A DNA stretch of 64,000 nt, taken from assembly GCA_002633005.1 (NCBI GenBank), contig NMRA01000160.1:1-64000 (forward strand), read 5' to 3'. The DNA is from Phoronis australis (taxonomy: Eukaryota; Animalia; Phoronida). This document shows, in pieces, positions 52,801-61,800 of this stretch (positions are counted from its first letter, which is position 1; each line of letters opens with the position of its first letter). Below the pieces are notes generated by a model. That model was not told the DNA's origin, did not search any database, and worked only from the letters and a program-made list of their open reading frames with translations. Both the position numbers and the translations under genes were made by a program.

Positions 52801-55800
52801 GCTTTTCATTCTTTTACTAATTTCCATGGGTGCGGCTCTGGTTGTTCTAACTTGTGACTGTTTGTGCTTCGGGCTAAATTTTAATTCGTCTTTATTAAGC
52901 GGTATTCACAACACCATGGCAGTAGTTACAGTCAGTGCAACTGAATGGTATTGTAATTGAATGAGTGAGGCTCACAAATTGATCCACGTGTAATAAAGTT
53001 AACTGTGATTTTTTGTTTTTGTCCAGTCTGCTTTTCATGTGATTTGGAAGAACCAGGGCTTGGAATTTTCCTCTTTTTCTAGTTTCGATTTCCTCGTACT
53101 TGTTTTTCAGTTTCCTCTCCTTTTTTCCTTATTTTGGTTTTATTCGTGCAAAAACGTTTATTTCAGTTGAATTTTAAAACAGAAAAAATATTTCTATCAC
53201 ACAAGCCTATTTGTGGAATGATACATCACCTGGAAAATTTTCCTTTTTTTGTCGTTGGTCATTCTAAGCCCTGACACAAGTTTATCCATGCGCAATAAAG
53301 TTAACGGGGATTTTTTTGTTTTCGTCCCGTCTGTTTTTCTCTTAATTAGGAGGAACACGCCTTGTTACGCATGCCTTCATGTTTCGTGCTCAAATGATCA
53401 CTTGTTTACGGTAAAATCTTACTAATTTGGGACACAAGATGCTTAAATAAGGAAATTTTAGTTTCTAATTTTCTATTTGAATTTATTTGAGAGTACGACC
53501 ACAGTGACGTGTAAATCTGTGCCATGGCTACCATGAGACAATGCTTTAAAAATTTTTAAAAAATTTGGGCTCAGTGTGAAGAATTTCAAAATGTTTAGCC
53601 CTAAAATGAAGAATTTCTTCGTTATTACTATTAATTTTGAATTCTTAACTTAACTACTTAAAATCTCACCAATTTAGAACACAACATGAAGGGCTAGCGA
53701 ATTTTCTTTTCATTTTTTTCACAGAAGATAAGTAGCTAAAGTGAAGAATTTCTTCATTATTACAAATAACTTTTGAATTTTTAACTTTACTATATAAAAT
53801 CTCACCAACTTAAAACATAGCATGAAGAACTGGAAAAGTTTTTTTATTTTTTTCATTTTTTTGTAAATATAAGTGGCACCAAGTAAATGCTTTGTCAGTT
53901 TTATGGTCGTTACCATAATTACCATAAGCCGAACGTACTGTTCACACCAAAGCGGTCATAACTTTGAAGACCGATTTAAAAGTGATGTAACTCCGAAGAC
54001 TTTAAACTGGTTTTTAAAACAGTTTACTGAAAATGTCGCTTGGTTACAACCTTTTGCGAGGGTGGTCTTGCGACGGGTTATAGCCCTTGTAATTTGGTGT
54101 GAACATGGCAGTTGTAAAAGTTATCACTCAGTAGGTGGCGCTGTTGTCAGGTCTTGTTGGACTTGAGGGCGCATAGAGGCCGGAACTTGCGTGGAAGTGA
54201 TAGCACTGATGACTAGCGACTAAAACCGTCGGTTTGAGGTGTAACGATTACGTAGCAGATGGGTTTGGTTCAGGTTTGAACACTGCTAAGGTTCAGGAAA
54301 TAACGAGTATTCAAAACAAAAATGAGATACAATAAATTATGTCAATTATTTTTACCTGAATCTTATGAGATTATACCTCATGGCCATGTGGATCAATGTT
54401 ACTCTGTGACTTAGAAACCTTTAAAAAAATAAAAAGACAATTTTGGAAATTTAAGTACCGGTTGCACGGTTTCATGAAACAGTCCCAAATACGGACTTAA
54501 CTAAGTTCCCATATCTTTTGGGTATTTGTGTCATTCTTTACTCACAGGTGTAATCTTTTTCTGTCGTGTTATCTTCATTATGAACTCCTTTTTTACTAAT
54601 GACATTTTCGAACAATGTAAGAAAAAAAACTAAGCATTTAGTTCAATGAAAATAAATAAGGACTTAGTCCTTAAATTGTGGTTGTTGCCTGAAAATATCC
54701 CTTCTTGTTTCCTATAATGTTGAGAATTCAATTTTGGGCGATAAGTTGTAATAAAAGAACTTTACTGTCCACTCTATGCGCTGATGTGTGTAAGTTTTGG
54801 CATTTAAACAGATGGCACTTTGCAATCAGATGAGGTGCTTAAACTGTAGATCACCTCATTTGTAAACACCACAAATACATTTTCAATTGACATATCAGTC
54901 ACTGAACTATATGGCTGTTGCTTGTGATTGGGGCTGGTGATGGTTTTAGAGTATCACTGTTTATCTGTCCCAGCCGGGCTGGAGATAGGTACTGAAGGTT
55001 TTCGTATTAAGTGAGTATTACTGTTTATCTGTCCCCCGTCGCCAGGGATTGGTACTGAACCTCTACATAAGTGTTGCTACGGCCACATTCTCACGATATC
55101 AAGGATTTGCACCAAAAAACCTGAAGTTGTTGAATCATTACCACTATTACGCCTTAAATCATTGCTCCAGGCGTTTATGAAGTCATAACTTACATGCATT
55201 TACTTAGCGTCTAGACAGTTTCGGTGTTTTTAGGCAAATCTCATTCAGACCAGTTGTCCTAATGTTTCTCATTGGTGCAGTGCACATGCCGTATGTCGTA
55301 ACAGACAATAATTCTAATTAGGGAGTAAGTAAACTGTACCAGGAAGTATGGAAATTTGCCAGAAAAGATTTTGCAAAAACCGGAAATATCTTGTTTACAT
55401 TTGGCTTACAGATCACCGTATGTGGCTTTGTGATTTGCACTGCTGTTCAGAACTATACTCAGTGAAAGCGCATATTTTCTGAAAATAGAAAACTTCTAGA
55501 ATTCAATTTTTAACTTCACGCCAACCTGTCTTTAATTGAGTTACATGACCATTTCGGCTTTGTAAAGTTAACGAAGCTAAAAATAAATTTAAAGGTGCAT
55601 TTATTGTAGAACTTTAGAATCAATAAATGACCCAATTTCTTTTTAACATGTAAATGTTCAACTTTAAAAATTATAGTTTTGTTTTTTGCATTATTGTTTA
55701 TTGAAATCCTAAAAGTCCCATTTTCTACTGCAGTACAATTTCCAAAAACATTCCACATGAAATAGGAACTGTATATAAAGTATGTATGGCACTGTGCTGC

Positions 55801-58800
55801 CCTCTATCGGAGGAGTTTCATTTAACCCGGTAGCCATTTTACAGTAATGATGTTCTGTGTTTCCAAAATCTGTTTAATAATTCACAACCCCCATGACATT
55901 GGCCGATACATTTACAACTAGAGTTACAAGGTCACAAGTCTTGCCCCGTGAAATAAAAACACGACAATGAAGTTTTCGAAAAAATGCTGACCCATGCTTC
56001 AAAAGTCTGTTAAAAATGCAGTTGAACACCCTGGACTCATTTATGGACACTACAGCATGATATCACCCCCTTCTATTAGTGAAATATGAACACGGTATGA
56101 TAATGTTTCCTCAAATTGAAACATAAAATGGCAGAGCTGTAAAATTTCAAAATTTTCAATGAATAAACAAGAAGACAATTTCAGTTGATTGTTTGAACAA
56201 CTATATTTATGATAGTACGTCTTTCAACAACCCACATGAAATTTGGAAATTTTGAACATTTCTGGCCGTACAGTTTATTTAGCGTTTGATAGGTGAAGAT
56301 GGACAATTTCTCCTCAATTTTTGTTTGAATTTGAGGACATTTTACCATGATTGTTTGTTTGTAAAAAAGCTGACCCATGGTACCATAGCGTGTAAAAAAG
56401 TTTTTAAATGCCTGAGGCAATTTGGTCTCTGAGGGCGTTTTCTAGGCACGATCACCTCACTAATGCATGAGTGAACTGTTCAGTTATTGTTATTGAATGA
56501 GTCTGGTATGCTCTGAGTACTGTGTCCCGGTGTGAGGCTAGAGTTGACTAACACTCATTCTGTGTGGTCCTATCCTGGCTTGTACAAGTTCCAGCCCAGG
56601 TCAAGGGCTGTCTGGCGTGGTGGCTAATGACAGGCGCTGTTGTTTGTTTTCACAGCTAACTTAGTGATTGTTTTGGTGAATGGATGTCTCATGTGCCTGG
56701 CCCTATTGTTTTGGTGGTCAGATAGTACACATTTTTAACGGGAACATTCGGTTTGTTGTCATTCATTTGACTTGATCATGTTGCAGTTCTTGAAATTTAG
56801 AACCTAATTTCATTAACTTATTCACTGGCTGTCTGTTGATATTGCCTTAGGCACTGGAAGGACAAGCTGCCAGCTTCGCCTGTAGGCATTTCCAGATGCA
56901 TCCAATGAAATTTCAAATATTCAACTACCATAAACATGTTTTTGATTCTGAGAAAAGAAAGGTAAAAGTCACCATGTTTATCTCAACATGGGAGATTAGA
57001 GTCTTTAAGAACTCTGGACAATTATTTAGTTTTACAAATTTGGTGTCTGCCTCAGGTTTGTCTATGTTTAACAACACTGCAATGACATCAAGTGACCCCT
57101 TTTACCCTCATCCAATTTGAAAGTTTTGGATGGTTCTAACAACACCATAGCTGAAATGACATCAACTTGGGAGATAAGAGGCTTTAAGACCTGTAAAATT
57201 ACTTAGTTTTGGCAAATTTGGCGCCTGCCTCAGGTTTGTCTATGTTTCACAACACTATAATGACATCAGCCGACCTCTTTTGCTCTCATCTCATTTGAAA
57301 GTTTATAGTATTCAAACCATTTGTTATTGTGCAAATTTGTCAGCATTTAGGATCATAACAGCTATGGCAATAAATCATGTCTGAGATATGGTGTTCCAAA
57401 GTCTAGCCAAATTTGGACATTATTCCAAGGTCTACATGTAACCCTAACTACCAGCTGCCTATGGCTATGTTTGTATAAACTTAAACGGAAGTTTTACTTG
57501 ATTTCCAGAACGATGGTGGAACCCTCGAATTCTCTGAGAACGAGCGCTACAAGTTCATCAGTGTGACAATTAAGGATAACAGCATTCCCGAAGACGACAA
57601 GTCATTTTTCGTAGAGCTGCACAATCCAACAGGGGGTGCTGAAATAGCTGTGGCTCAGAAGATCAGAGTTATCATTGAGGTGAGCTGTTAAGTTTAATAC
57701 AATTATTGTTGTTAGTGTTAATAGTGACATCATCATACTTTTGATTTACTTAGTGTTACACAATTCTTACATTTTCCCTACAAGGTGGCTTAGCTTTTTC
57801 AATTACAAACTAAGTAACTGCAGAAACTGATTTTTCGGATTTGCCACCCCGCTGCAAATGCTTCATTGTTAACCACGTGTTTTCGTTGATGGTTGTTTAA
57901 CGCAAATCGTTTTGGTACTAAGGTAATTGTTTATACTTTGTTGAGATATTAATGAAATAAATATTCACTTTCCTGTCAATTTTTTTCTGAATTGAAGAAA
58001 CTTAACCTGAGCAGTTACAGCAAACTAATGAATGAATTTATGATAACTTATGATAATTTATGTGCCTTTAGAATGTGACTTAACTAATATATGCTGCAGT
58101 GTCTTTAGGATATAAAAATGCATTTGAACTACAGTGTTTGTAGTAGTAGTAATAGTAGCAGCAGCAGTAAAAGTAGTAGTAGTAGTAGAAGTTCATTTTA
58201 TCATACTAACATGTCTGAACTAATATGAGACCCAGTCCCATGGACTTACAAGTCAGTTTAAACAAATAAATGATCACAAGATACTATGCAATCATGTTAT
58301 GTATATAACATTTTCTGTTTTATTTGAAAAATCTTATACACGAAATTCATGACCTGTTTCAACGACATTTCATTGTTCATGATGAAAATCCAATTTTTGG
58401 TAATCAGTTTTCCCATAAAAGATGACATTTTTTTAGCTATAAAATCTGGTCCTTCGTTGTTAAATATTGTACATGACAAATGGAAATGTAATTCAGTTTC
58501 TGGTTCCATATAACTAAATTTGGCTGCCACAGTTCAGGTATTTGACACTCCATTTAGGTGCTAAAGCATTGTGATTAGTCACAGTAAATGTGTGCTTAAC
58601 AGAGAACAGGTTACTTCAACAGAGGTGCCAGAAAGGCGCATTATTTGCCTGTGAAATTTCCCATTATATCACTTTTGAAACCTTTTGAATTCTGTTGCAA
58701 TTTTCAGAATTCTGATGATGCCTACGGTGTGTTCAGTTTTGCTGACAACTCATTGACAGTGTCTGGGTCAGAGAAAGGAGATACGTTGTACAACACTGTT

Positions 58801-61800
58801 GATCTTACTGTAAGTTGTCTGTAATGAGATGTTGTACAACACTGTTGATCTTACTGTAAGTTGTCTGTACTAACGAGATGTTGTACAACATTGTTGATCT
58901 TACAATACGTTGTCTGTAGTGAAATGTTGTTCAATAGTGCTGATCTCACTGTAAGTTCAGTTGCTGTGCATTGTGGGATATCCAAACGGCGGTCAGGTCA
59001 CTTTAAGAGAATGGGAGACAGGAAGGGATAAAATGATTATACTTAACAAGGGGAAAAGTTCAAAATCAAATTTTAAATTATTGTTTTACCAGTTCGATCC
59101 ACAAACGTCAACAGTAGCGTTATAACTTGTGTATTGCGTATGCATTTATACCAGCAATTTTTGCCAAGTGGTGAAGTTTTCCCGGTCAGTTTGGTCAAAT
59201 TACGAGTGTCGGGGCCATAAAGGAGCGAGGCGGGCCGCCCATATTTTTACACTCGGGAAACACTGGATCTTACTGTGAGTTCTGTGTTAATGAGATTATT
59301 GTATAACACTGTTGATCTTACCATCAACAGCAAAACATTTTAATTACGGCATTAAATTCGTGCTTTCTTTAAAAACCAAATTTTGATTTAGTCCACTTAT
59401 GACCCCGGAATAGTTTCTACACTGCGTAAAGAACAAAATAAGACCAATTTCTTAATGGTGAGTGAACCGAACCAAACCTTATTGTTTTGACAAAAAGCAT
59501 GGTTTTAATGCCACTTTAATGGTAAATCACTAGAACCTTATGTAACATGCTTTTCTCAGGTGGAACGGACAGGTGGCCTTATTGGTTCTGTCACTGTCTA
59601 CTGGCGTGTGGTGGACGATCGTGGTAACGATCTCGTCGACGACAACGGTAATGTGACATTCACCAATGGTCAGACTACAGCGACTATTGAACTTAAGGTT
59701 GCAGGGGAAACAATTCCCGAGCTTGATGAAACATTCACCATCACCATCACTAATGTGTCAAAGGTACTAACTTTGATCAAGCTTGTTCAAGCATAATGTT
59801 ATATAAAACCCGAGAAACATATCCAGATTCGGGGCTAGCTTTGGAACATCATATCTTAGAACTGGCTGATGGAGAATTTCAGGTACTATGTTTCATGCAC
59901 TGTTCTCGATAGCGCTGTTCAGGATTGTTTTTAAAAAACGTTCCACTGTTGCATGAGGAGCTACTAGAAATGCCAAAGGGTGCGTAAATGGAAAGCTAAA
60001 TAATAATTCAGAAAACTGTAACTAATAGCGTTTTGAGATTTCTCCTTGAGCATTTATGTCAAATGTAATTTAGTCATGTTATTGATACCGTTATTTTGCT
60101 ATGAATGTGTCTTATTGTGTTGCTAAATTTTACTAAAATGTCATGGTCATATGACCCAATTAATGTCAGACTGGTATCAAATTCTACAGGTTTTCTACTT
60201 CCCGTGATATAATACCATCACATGTGCACACCCAGCCTTCAATATGGAGGGTCTCGAATTCCTGACTTTGTGGACCTTTTGGTAACAAAAAACGGGCAGA
60301 CTAAAAATAAAAAAACGGGAGCACCACGCGTATGTGCATGTTTAATGGTCTTATGCCTCATTTTCTCAGACTTTTTGTCCCTCTGAGACGGATCTTTTTG
60401 CCCACTTCGCCAAATGGGTGCGCGCATGCATTATACCTAGCTCTTATTTTGCTCATTGTAAAGCTAGGAATTAAATGTAGTTTAGTACTATGATAAAAAT
60501 TATTCAATTTGGGACAAATAAATAGCTAAAATTGCCATATTTCTATTTTCTGAGGCTTACCAAATTGTTTCATATGCTCAAAATTTTGCCAAATTTTGTT
60601 TGGTAGTAGCTAAACTATGCTAGTTGGTAAATTTTCCTGACAAGTTATTTTTGTGAAAAATTTTGATAAAATGAAATTTCAGAGATCCGCAATATTGTGT
60701 CACAAACTGAAGAATTTTTACCGGAAATGTCTTGCTTCATTTCAATCATGGATAGATAGTTTTCGAATTTAGTTCTTCTGGCGATCATACTATGCTAAAC
60801 ATGTGTTTGCATTCCCCTAACTATGCTAATGTATAGCTATTTTAACATAATCTACGCTTAGTTGTATTCACTGATGACTTGTATGTGAAAACAAAAAATT
60901 CTGCAAATAGGTGACCTTTGCACTAATGACGTACCTCACGGGTTCACATAGCCTGCATCATGCAGTGTTATTCCCCAGCACCACATCACGATACTTACTG
61001 GACATGATTCAGTGGTTTGCAGCTGATCATTTTTGCCACCCAACTTGTTCTGAAAAACAACTGGCAATTTTCAACCTACTTCCCATTCACATCATCACTG
61101 TATGTTGTGTTTCTAACTAATTTTACCAAGCAATCACAGAGATGAGGAATCTTCATGAAAGATACACATGTGATTCAAATCTGCCTTCAGACAAAAATCA
61201 ATTTTTCCGCAGTATTCTCCACAACCTTTTTTGACTTGTCGCTGCGTCGAGTTTGATTTTTACCTAAGCGAGTTTGGCTAACTTCTGTCGAGTTTGAAAA
61301 CCCATGCAACGAGTTCGAAGTGTTGGGAAATAAGTGGTCTCTCAAGCAAACTGGGACATTTTGAACTTTGATACCAGTTCAATATATTAATTCCATGAAT
61401 TTTGTGAACATGAATTTTGTTATTCCCGTGAAGTTTGAATTTTCTGTTGTCGTGAACACTGGTTCACCAGCCATTATAAAACTGGTGTCAAGTTGTTCCT
61501 TGTTCGTGTTAGGAGTGGGTAGTGGGGCTTGAGAAGAACATGCCTGTTGTTACTGCTAAATTCCGAATAAAATGGCTTGCTGTGTCCAACCAGGCTGTTG
61601 AAGCTGGCCTTGAACAATTAATGAACAATTAGGCTATTATGTTGTTTTTTCTTCTGGCATTATGTTTTTTTGCTTATCTTAGGGTCGTTTAGCCTCAAGC
61701 AAGCTATCATCATCCTTCAGAATCGACGCCAATGATGACCCCTATGGGATGTTTTACATACCAAGTAAATTCAGACCATTCAAGACACCAGAGGGCAGCT

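Noticed and set aside
58778-58957. CRISPR-like repeat array
   Set aside because: Head-to-tail degenerate units with no unique spacers, eukaryotic context, no cas genes
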